Assembly (NCBI RefSeq): GCF_009914755.1
Contig: NC_060929.1
Origin: the human T2T-CHM13v2.0 reference genome, Homo sapiens
DNA: 64,000 bases
Reading direction: 5' to 3' (one strand)
The notes below the pieces were generated by a model. It saw only the letters and a program-made list of their open reading frames with translations, ran no database searches and was not told the origin of the DNA. This document shows, piece after piece, positions 54,283-64,000 of this stretch (position 1 is the first letter of the stretch; each line of letters begins with the position of its first letter). The position numbers and the translations under genes are program-made.

Positions 54283-54494
54283 AGAAGTGATTAAGAGCTC
54301 AGGCTGTGGAATCAGGTGGCATTCATTTGGATTTTGATTCTGTCATTTATGGGTTGATTGAACTTGGGAAAATCTCGGTATCTCTGTGCACTGTTTTCTC
54401 CTTGCATATTAGAGATAATTGATAGTGCCTGTCTCATTAGGCTGTTTTGAGAATTAATGTGAAGTACTTAGAATAATATCTGGTGTGTAATAGA
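54283..54494 (+). mobile_element. MIR
   Basis: AGTGATTAAGAGCTCAGGCTGTGGAATCAG...GAACTTGGGAAAAT...TCTCTGTGCACTGTTTTCTC...CTCATTAGGCTGTTTTGAGAATTAA. Confidence 0.8.
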
Positions 54495-54694
54495 TGGTAG
54501 TGTGCTGGTAAAATATTCACAAATTGCTCTCCAAACAGAAGATCTGATTTTAAGTGCTTGCCAATTTCTGTAGTGTAAATACTTTCATGATGGAGTAAAC
54601 ACCCACAAGATGACATCACTGCATGTTCAATTCGAGAGAGATATGAATAATTGTTGTTAGTAGCTTTTATGAGCCAGTTGTAGCACACTATTGG
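54495..54694 (-). mobile_element. MER63-like hAT element
   Basis: GTAGTGTGCTGGTAAA...GCTTGCCAATTTCTGTAGTGTAAATACT...GAGCCAGTTGTAGCACACTATTGG; inverted ends AGTGTGCT/AGCACACT. Confidence 0.65.
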
Positions 54695-54882
54695 TAGTAA
54701 ACATTAAACAAATTTTAATTATTGTTGTTGCATTCATATTAAAATAAGGGAAAACACTTAAGGACTTTTAAATCATTAATCAGATATTCTATATATTATG
54801 GTAATATTTTGATGGCGTATTAAACTTAAAATTTAAGACATTAAAGTCCATTGTATGATATACATTTGCTCTAATTTCTTTT

Positions 54883-55109
54883 CCTAGCTGTTGAGACCCA
54901 GTCGCCAATGGTTGACGTGGGTCACTTTCTTGAGCTTACTAGAAGTGGTTAAGGGAAGATTTTCAGACAACAATTGCGACTCATTATCACTTCTCAAATA
55001 GTCCTTTAATGGCTTTTGTTTGAACTATGGAGAGGTTGGACATCCCTGTTAAGCCATTGTAAGTGACAAGACTGGCATTACCAGGCCAGGACAACTGCAG
55101 CCTGAGTGG
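54883..55109 (+). repeat. Local direct duplication, copy A (exon-like 54888-55058)
   Basis: Aligns by eye to 57766-57988 with about 29 substitutions and two small indels in ~220 nt. Confidence 0.92.
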
Positions 55110-55459
55110 CTCTATGGACTGAATTGGGTCCCCCTCAGATTCATATGCTGAAGCCCTAAATTCCAATGTGATGGTAGTTAAAGCTGGGGTCTTTGAGAGG
55201 TAATTAGGTTTAGATGAGGTCATGAGGGTTGGGTCCTCATTATGGGATTACTACCCATAAAAGAAGAGACCAGAGCATGCTCGCTTGCTTTGTCTCTCTA
55301 TCTCTCTCTCTCCCTCTCCCTCTCCCTCCCTTCCTCCCTCCCATGTGAAGACACAGCAAGAAGGTGGCTATTGGCAAGCCAGGAAGAGCATCCTCTCCAG
55401 AAACTGAATTAGTCAGCACCCAGTATGTGACATTTTTTATAGCAGCCTAAGCTAAGACA
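55110..55459 (+). mobile_element. MaLR solo LTR (MLT1A-like)
   Basis: CTATGGACTGAATTGGGTCCCC...ATTCATATGCTGAAGCCCTAA...GGTAATTAGGTTTAGATGAGGTCATGAGGG...TATAGCAGCCTAAGCTAAGACA. Confidence 0.9.
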
Positions 55460-56519
55460 TATCTCCACTTTAAATTCTGCATTTTTAATTTATTAATTTG
55501 GAAGATACTCCTTAATTTGCATTACTGTGTGATTGTAACATTCACATTTCACAACATTTAGTTTACATTTTTGAATGCGAAGTTGGTTTTTCATGGAGTT
55601 TTGCTTTTTGTTTGTAGTCCCATTTTTATTAGGCACAATCAATTTTGAAAAGAGAAAAAAAGATAAATTAAAGGAGCAGCTTTTAAGATAATGCCGTCCA
55701 GATGAGGCAACGGCCTGTCACTAATTAGGCGGTGAGCTCTCAATAGGCTTCCTCTATTCAGCCTCTATGCAAGCATCTTTCTTTCTACTAAACTATCTCA
55801 AGCAATGTATAGCTCAGGAGGTCTTCCTTCTAGGACTGTCTTTTAAGCTTGAAGTATCAGCATCCGTGACAAGCAAGAGAAGGAGACTGAAAGCTTTGAT
55901 TTGTCAAGTAGTAGTAAGTTTTTTAAGCCTATAAAATGCAGCCTCATTGGTACATTTGGTCAGAATAGGAATTTACATAAAGAGGGTTCAAAAGGTGCAC
56001 AGGAAAATTTAACTTGGGTGTTAAAAAGAAATTATCTTTGTGCTAAGAGTTGACAACACATTCTATAAATTAATAACAAAGCCCCATGCTAGAACGTACC
56101 AATTTTTCTTCAGAATAGTTAGAACAAACAATTTATCTGGAGACTCAAATTGTAAATGTGAAAGTACACAACTGACACCTTTTTGGAGTTTAGATACACA
56201 CAGCTGGCTATGACGTTACTATCTTGGCTTGCCTCCTAGCTGGAATTAGGAGCTGTATATTGTTCAGGTTGGACTTTCATTATTTTAAAATGAAATTTAT
56301 AGTTCAATTAAGTAAAAAGGGTCTAATTAGTAGATTTGGGAGGATGATTTTAAGGATTTTTGGAGAAGCAGCTAGTTTGCTTTCACAAATCAGTCACACT
56401 ATATTTTCAGAAACCTACATGAAGTTTTTTTGTTTTTTAAAGATATTTTTACCCAGCTGTGGCTAGAGGGGCTAGAACACAGCTATCCCAAATTTTATTT
56501 TTCAGATGTTGCTAATAGT

Positions 56520-56760
56520 ATTAGTAGCAATTCTGGAGGTGCTATTATGTGCCAAGCACCAGTCAAAACTACTCATCCTTACAACAACCTTCTCAGTTAG
56601 ATGATGATTATTCTAAATTTACCCATGTGAAAATTTAGGTAAAAAAAATGTCTATTAACTTGCCAATGATTACAGTTGCTGATCAGGAAACCTACTTTTC
56701 AAAAGTCAGTCTCTGCTTCTGCAGCCCACTTTCCTTCCTCTATTATCACACTGCCTCCAG
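56520..56760 (-). mobile_element. MIR
   Basis: TATGTGCCAAGCAC...ATCCTTACAACAACCTT...TAACTTGCCAATGATTACAG...CACACTGCCTC. Confidence 0.65.
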
Positions 56761-57765
56761 TAAAACACTGAAAAACAAGGCTTCTTTTAGAACCTGTTTT
56801 CAAATATTTTTAAGTTGTAAATTTTTATTCTGAATCTCTGGCTTTTTCAAGAAGAATGTCTATTCTTCAGATGCTCTCATCATTCTCTGTTACTGCACTT
56901 AGAAAAACATTTTCTCTCAAAGAGCGAAGATGGCAGATTTGGAGTCAAGAAGAGAAAACATAAATTTAGAAACTTAAAAATTGGGAAAAATGCCCCTGTT
57001 ATCACAAAAGTACTCAAATCTCTTCTAATGTGATCCTCCAAGGAAGGGTAACTACTTTTCATGGACATTTGGGCTCCATGAAAAACAATTTATAAAGCCA
57101 AGATGTTTCATTTCCTTTAAGTCAGCTACAAGTTCAAGCAAATATGAAAGAAATACTATGTTTGGTATTTTGGCTCTTTTCATGATTGTTTCAATATTAT
57201 TTGGAAAAATTAAAGATTTTGAAAATAATTAGTCACCAATAAGAAATCAGCTTTTCTATCTTGGAAAAAGGTAACCTTAAAAAGGATACATTGTTGCAAC
57301 TCACAGTGGTTCTCATTGTGTACTTCTGAGGTCAGTCAGCTCAAATACCTAACCCAAAAGAGCTATTATAGTTCGTAGAATTTGATTCCTTTGATTTAAA
57401 ACAAACTCTTCTTACTTTATCTACCACTAAGAATGGGAGGATAAAAAAGCAATTAAATCATGGTATAGCATCTTATTACTATAGATTTATATTTTATACT
57501 TATTGAAATAGTTCTTTCAACATACTAAACATGGGTTTTTACCATATGTTATTCTTCCGAATAAATGTAGAAGAGATATACATAAAATATATTATGCAAG
57601 GAATTCCTACATTACTTCACATGTACAGTCTGCTCTTCCATGTCACTTTTTGACCTAGTCATAGATGTTCGTCTTTCTACAAAATATTATCCTTTCTTTC
57701 CACCATGAACATGTGTGTTCCAACATGTCCTAAAAAGCCCTTTACTCTTTCTCTGGGATTCCTTG

Positions 57766-57988
57766 CCCAGCTGTTGATACCCGTTCCCCAAGTGTTGATG
57801 TGGTCACTTTCTTGAGCTTTCTAGGGGTGGTTAAAGGAAGGTTTTCCAACAACAATCATGACTCGTCACTTCTCAAATGGTCCTTTAATCGCTATTGTCT
57901 GAACTATGGAAAGGTTGGGCATCCCTGTTAAGCCATTGTAAGTAACAAGCTTGGCATTACCAGGCCAGGACATCTGCAGCATGAGTGG
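57766..57988 (+). repeat. Local direct duplication, copy B (exon-like 57771-57937)
   Basis: Homologous to 54883-55109 (shared GTCACTTTCTTGAGCTT, CATCCCTGTTAAGCCATTGTAAGT, TGGCATTACCAGGCCAGGACA). Confidence 0.92.
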
Positions 57989-58194
57989 TGCTGGCTGTCA
58001 GGGGTTGTAAGGTGTCCTGATTGTGACAAATACCGCAATCCCAGAAATGTTAAAATGTAAAAAGTGTGTCTTTAGAATCAGCGAGATTTACTAATAAGTG
58101 ATGCAAAAATGGAATTGGAAAAGTTAGCTTTTCATAGATAATTATGGCAAATGCTAGCTGAAAATGTTTGTTGTCTATAAAAATATTGTCCTAA

Positions 58195-59622
58195 TGTGTC
58201 CGGAATTGGTGGGTTCTTGGTCTCACTGACTTCAAGAATGAAGCCGTGGACCCTTGCGGTGAGTGTTACACCTCTTAAGGTGGCGCATCTGGAGTTTGTT
58301 CCTTCTGATGTTCGGATGTGTTTGGAGTTTCTTCCTTCTGGTGGGTTCGTGGTCTCGCTGGCTCAGGAGTGAAGCTGCAGACCTTCACAGTGAGTGTTAC
58401 AGCTCTTAAGGCGGGGCGTTTGGAGTTGTTCCTTCCTTCCGGTGGGCTGGTGGTCTCGCTGGCTTCAGGAGTGAAGCTGCAGACCTTCACGGTGAGTGTT
58501 GCAGCTCATAAAAGCAGTGTGGACCCAAAAAGTGACCAGTAGCAAGATTTATTGCAAAGAGCGAAAGAACAAAGCTTCTACAGTGTGGAAGGGGACCGGA
58601 ACCCGTTGCCACTGCTGGCTCTGGCAGCCTGCTTTTATTCTCTTATCTGGCCCCACCCACATCCTGCTGATTGGTAGAGCCGAGTGGTCTGTTTTGACAG
58701 GGCACTGATTGGTGCGTTTACAATCCCTGAGCTAGACACAAAGGTTCTCCACCTCCCCACCAGATTAGTTAGATACAGAGTATCCACACAAAGGTTCTCC
58801 AAGGCCCCACCAGAGTAGCTAGATACAGAGTGTTGATTGGTGCATTCACAATCCCTGAGCTAGACACAGGGTGCTGATTGGTGTGTTTACAAACCTTGAG
58901 CTAGATACAGAGTGCCGATTGGTGTATTTACAATCCCTGAGCTAGACATAAAGGTTCTCCACGTCCCCACCAGACTCAGGAGCCTAGCTGGCTTCACCCA
59001 GTGGATCCCGCACCGGGGCTGCAGGTGGAGCTGCCTGCCAGTCCCGTGCGGTGCGCCTGCACTCCTCAGCCCTTGGGTGGTCGATGGGACTGGGTGCCGT
59101 GGAGCAGGGGGTGGCGCTACTCGGGGAGGCTCGGGCTGCTCAGGAGCCCATGGAGTGGGTGGGAGGCTCAGGCATGGCGGGCTGCAGGTCCCGAGCCCTG
59201 CCCCTCGGGAAGGCAGCTAAGGCCTTGTGAGAAATCGAACGCAGCGCCGGTGTACTGGCACTGCTGGGGGACCCAGTACACCCTACGCAGCTGCTGGCCC
59301 GGGTGCTAAGTCCCTCATTGCCCAGGCCGGCAGGGCCGGCCAGCTGCTCTGAGTGTGGGGCCGCCAAGCCCACGCCCACCCGGAACTCCAGCTGGCCCGC
59401 AAGCACCGCGCACAGCCCCGGTTCCCGCTCGCGCCTCTCCCTCCACACCTCCCTGCAAGCTGAGGGAGCCGGCTCCGGCCTTGGCCAGCCCAGAAAGGGG
59501 CTCCCACGGTGCAGCAGTGGGCTGAAGGGCTCCTCAAGTGCCGCCAAAGTGGGAGCCCAGGCAGAGGAGGCACCGAGAGTGAGCGAGGGCTCTGAGGACC
59601 GCCAGCATGCTGTCACCTTTCA
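58195..59622 (-). mobile_element. LTR12 (LTR12C-like, ERV9) solo LTR, copy 2
   Basis: TGTGTCCGGAATTGGTGGG...GCTGTCACCTTTCA termini; perfect 4-bp TSD CTAA (58191-58194, 59623-59626); CpG-rich. Confidence 0.97.
58630..58960 (-). promoter_or_regulatory. LTR12 promoter/enhancer repeats (CCAAT/NF-Y, GATA, AATAAA TATA-like box), copy 2
   Basis: Five ATTGG near 58670, 58708, 58836, 58877 and 58918; intact TTTTATT at 58633-58639. Confidence 0.6.
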
Positions 59623-60697
59623 CTAAAGCCAATGAGAATATACCTTTTACTAGCTGTCATCCACCACAAAACTAAATTGATTGCCACATAGATATGGTAA
59701 TATTTTTGAAGGTTTTACAAAGAGATCATATCCTGAAAGTTCATCTTTAGTCCTAATGGACTCAGCTTTTAGCATACTAAATAATCTCTGAATACAGGGA
59801 AATTACAACATATGTTATGGATGACTTATTGTCACTGTCCTTTCCACATTCCAATGAACAAACTTTAAAAAGGTGATTTTAGCTTAGGGAAAGAAAAGGT
59901 ACACTTATGAGGAAAGATTTATCCCTTCTCATGAGGCAGACAGAGATCAGTAACGAAGTCTGAGAAACCTTTGAAACGATGCCATCAGAAACACCATCTG
60001 ATGCATTATTTTGCATTACTCTTTTTTCCTTATGTTCTAGACAGAAAGTATGCTCCCCAAACTATCATGTTTTCAGTTGCCAAGTGGTTTGCTAATTGGT
60101 GCCCAAAAGGAGTAAAGCTAATATAAGGTGTGGGAGCAAAAGACCAATATGTGCAAACTGGACAGAATACAAGAGGGGCTAGAAAAATTGAGTGGTCACA
60201 TGGATTAAATTATAATCAGTATTTGTTGGTTATTATTTATCATGAAAAGGAGTAGTTTGATGAACAATTATGAGAATAAATATCAATTTATTTTACTTTG
60301 TATTATTATGAACACAATTTGAGCTATTTAAATTTACTTTATCACTTCAGATGTATTTGCCACATGTTTGAGTGTAGGATACAAGTTAAAAAATGAGAAT
60401 ATATTATTGCACAAAACAATTTTTTTCACCTGTAAAATCCTTTAATTTGTTTTTACTAGTAGAAAAAAATCAGAGAAAATAATGACTAATCAGTTTTATA
60501 TTATCTGATAAAAGAGTCTCCAAATAATTTTAAGATAATAAATCATTATTAGTTTCAGGACAAATTTATATATTTGTAAATCATTGGGGAGATCATGATG
60601 TTGAGGAAGTAAAACACAGCAACAGAATACTTAGCACACCTTCATGAGAAAGTGATTGATTTAACCCTCCTTTTTCATTGCTAAGAACTGATGGCTT

Positions 60698-61242
60698 TGT
60701 AGGACAAAAGAAATCTTTCTTTTATTAAAGGTTTATGGCTGAGGTCCCTATAATAAAGGAGAGATTAGTAAGATAAAAGCATATAAATGTATTTAATACA
60801 AGTTTTTATATGACAAACAGCCTTCATAAGGAAATGAAGACCCAAAGAAATGGGTAAACTTGTGTATTTTTATGCTTAGGTTTGATAAAGAGTGGAAGAT
60901 TGTGGAGAAATATGAAGGAAGGACCAAAGGAGGTGATCTAACGGTAATAAACTGGGAGAAATCTAGCAAGGTCTATTTATTCAGGTTCTTATCTGTGTCC
61001 CTGTGACTTCAGAGGTAGGATGTTCCTTCGTCTCAGTATAGGGAGGGCACTTCTGCAATGAAGGTCTTCTGACCTGCTTCAGGGGAGAAGGGTGGGAGAA
61101 GGCCAGAGAGTGACCTTCCAAAGTTTTATGACCTGCTTCAGTGGAAAAGAGTGAGAGGAAGATGAGAGTGACCTTCTTGCTTCTGCTATTTTCTCCAATG
61201 CCAAGGTGCTATATTTTTGGGTAATATGTCTTGAAACCCAGC
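60698..61242 (-). mobile_element. ERV1-class solo LTR (MER34/MER39 group)
   Basis: Minus strand starts ...ACATATTACCCAAAAATATAGCACCTTGGCAT; AAGGAAATGAAGACCCAAAGAAA, GTGTATTTTTATGCTTAGGTTTGA; internal repeat TGACCTGCTTCAG...GAGAGTGACCTTC twice. Confidence 0.75.
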
Positions 61243-61363
61243 CTAGCAGCTTCTTATCTTTTCCTGAACAGTTTAAAAAGCAAACAGGAAAGCTAAATCT
61301 GTTGTGGCATGTGTTGAATAATGAGACCAGGGACAAGTAAGTGAGTCTCTACTCTGGGGGTTC

Positions 61364-61536
61364 CCTGAATAAGGAGGATGAATAGAAAATCCTGGAAAGA
61401 ACACACCTGAATAAGGAGGATGAATAGAAAATCCTGGAAAGAACATCCCCGAAAAAGGAAGATGAATAGAAAATCCTGGAAAGAACACCCCTCAATAAGG
61501 AGGATGAACAGAAAATCATGGACAGAACATCCTGAA
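61364..61536. repeat. Minisatellite, 42-bp unit x4
   Basis: Unit CCTGAATAAGGAGGATGAATAGAAAATCCTGGAAAGAACACA starting at 61364, 61406, 61448 and 61490. Confidence 0.95.
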
Positions 61537-62201
61537 AAAATAAGCAAACACATATCTTGGCAAGACTATTCCAAAGGTGTTGTGAACCAAATGGGCAGGT
61601 GAGCCAGGGGCATGTGCTAGCAGTGGGCAAACATCAAAAGGCCGTTAATCTTGGGTCCACTTTCCTTGGTTATCCTCAGATGATGATTTGAGCTAACTCA
61701 GTTGCTCTGCTGCTTCAGGAGTACTTTTTTTTTTAGGCTACAAAATATAGCTCTCTATTTAATTCCAAATCATACTTTAGGAGAGCAAATTTGAAAAGCA
61801 TTTTTGCAAGAGACAGGACAGGCGATACATAGTAAGTTCTATATAACAATTCATAAATTTCAAAGCTAAAAATGTGGAACAGGACACTGTAGGATTTTTC
61901 AGGTTCTGATAAATTATCTCAACCTTGTGTTTCAGAGCAAGATTTTTTCAAGTCTGGTCAAAAAATACTGGAAGCGGTACTTCTGAGATGTACCACTAAG
62001 TGTGCTTTATAAATACAGTGATTTTTATAAATTACAGTGGTTTAAAAATCCAGCTAATTTTGGATGCTTTTTCAGAGCAGTATAAACACTCAAAATATCT
62101 AACTGATATTTTTCCTTCCTAACAATGGATCCAATGGCAGACTGAATGAATATATCCTCAGATTTATTTTTCTTTTAAAAAGAATCTCATTATTCATACT
62201 T

Positions 62202-62255
62202 TATATATATATATGTGTGTGTGTGTGTATATACATATGTATATATACATATATA
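62202..62255. repeat. Compound (TA)n(TG)n microsatellite
   Basis: TATATATATATATGTGTGTGTGTGTGTATATACATATGTATATATACATATATA. Confidence 0.9.
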
Positions 62256-62988
62256 AAAACCAGTCACATTATATATAATATGTGTAATAATTATTTTATA
62301 TATGTATGTATTCCTCCTAGGTATTGACTTCTGAACCTTAGCTAATTTGCAATGATGAATTACATTTTTCTTAGAAGTCAATAGGAATTCCTGAGCATAA
62401 ATGCTAAATTTTCATGTTTTGCCCACAGCTATAAAATGTATAAAATGTAATTTAAAACTCAATTTTGTATGGCTTTATGTTGTGTCCTTAGAATAAGCGT
62501 AGATTTTTGAAAATTTCTATTATTATAAAACATAAAGAAAGTAGGTATATGGAATGATAGGTAATTCTGCAGAAGAGATTAACCAATAAATAAGGTGCCA
62601 ACTTTTCCTTTCCAGGGATAATAGTGTTATTCACTCTTTGTTTAGTTAAAATGTTTTAAATAAATGTGTATCCCTATTGGAGTCCTGAAAGACCTGAGCT
62701 TAATTTGAGCCTATCCATCTAACACTTCATTACCTAATGTCCAGTTTTGCTATCAATTTATTCTGTTCCAGTGTTGCCTTCCTTGGAAAATCAGGAGCTT
62801 CCCGAGTATACGAAGTTGGTCTTACATTACTATTTTACTTTCATAGCACTTAACATTGAATCTTGGATATAGAATATGCTTAGTAGTTTTTCTGTGAGTT
62901 GGTGTAATTCCATCTTGAATTCTTCACAAAGTATTCTGTACAGTGAGTTGTATTTTCTATATTTTGAATATGACCCATGTTTTACACA

Positions 62989-63183
62989 AAGGGTCCACAA
63001 ACTATAGCTTAAGCTTGGCTACCCCCTGGTTTTGTAAATAAACTGATTGGAGCACAGCCATACCCATTTATGTATGTGTTGTCTACAACTGCTTCTGTAC
63101 TACTATGGCAGAGCTGAGCAGTTCCACCAAGCCGAAGTATTTACTATCTAGCACTTGTAGAATTACAGAATTGCTGACCCCTG
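62989..63183 (+). mobile_element. MER58A-like hAT-Charlie element
   Basis: CAAACTATAGC...GGTTTTGTAAATAAA...TTGGAGCACAGCCATACCCATT...TGGCAGAGCTGAGCAGTT...TATTTACTATCT...TTGCTGACCCCTG. Confidence 0.85.
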
Positions 63184-64000
63184 TGCTAGATGCTTATCTT
63201 TGATGAAAAATATAAATACTTAGGGTCTGAATCATTTAGTTTTTTATCTTCCCTAAAAGTAAGTTAGATGATGATATTTCTGGAAGCTGAACATTTTAAT
63301 GACAAATTTCCAGTAAGCATAAGTATCAAAAAGAAAAAAAAAATGGAGAATGTGTGCTGTTTCTTGCTACAACTACTGTATTTCTGGTTGAAGGTAGAAC
63401 TCACCCCCAAAATGCAATTTGCTTTCTTTGCCAGGATAAACCTTCATTAAAGCCAAAATTCAGTTTAAATTAAAAGATTGAAACAGTCACATTATATTAG
63501 AGAAAATCTACAGCTACCTTAAAATAGCATTGAATGGGCTGGTTGTTGTAAGCTGCTCTCTGAGGCTGCCAGTCTACTAAAGTGTATTCATAAAACACAC
63601 TAAGCTGGCCGAAATAGTGATTTTCTTAGTGATCTTAAGAACACAGTTATTTCATTGTTATGTTGATTTTACAAAAGAATGTTCATGGTGAAAAGATAAA
63701 GAGCATCCCCTTCTTTGGTACTTTAAGATAATGATTATTTTATAAAAAATTAACAAACCTCTTTGTTATCGTTTCAGATGGAAATAATGATGTGTAATTC
63801 ATCTTTGCAGCTTAGCTAGGGTTCTATTTAATGTCATTTTTGGACCCAGGAGAAACACCATTAAGCAGTTAAAATAAGAAATTATTTTATTTGAATATTT
63901 TTAAAAGCAATAAATCAATTTGATGCTCAGTGGGTATCGACATATCAATATTTAGTTTCATTTTTAGACTACTTTTTGGTGTGTTTTATACCATAATGGT

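Noticed and set aside
61273-61630. Repetitive ORFs or a CRISPR-like array at the 42-bp repeat
   Set aside because: Head-to-tail minisatellite with no spacers; ORFs follow from the in-frame unit length

Overview
Primate (most likely human or great ape) non-coding DNA, intronic or intergenic. It is AT-rich and CpG-depleted outside LTRs and Alus, and I see no host protein-coding exon. The only recognisable proteins in the ORF track are transposon remnants (L1 ORF2 C-terminus, Tigger1 transposase pieces). The window holds a 5'-truncated L1PA2-like element, six Alus plus a FAM, two solo LTR12 (ERV9) LTRs, a near full-length Tigger1, a complete LTR-int-LTR MaLR provirus, several MaLR solo LTRs, old L1M/L2/MIR/MER fragments, a 42-bp minisatellite and microsatellites. 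The items most worth follow-up are two 5' tRNA-half insertions (Cys and Glu) that stop at the anticodon, with direct repeats and no poly(A); a ~220-bp diverged local duplication whose copies both look like exons; the LTR12 pair with different promoter/poly(A) signal states; a fold-back insertion in the FAM; and an inverted duplicate inside an old L1. I found nothing I can honestly call a new biological system. Subfamily names come from remembered consensus sequences, not a database search.
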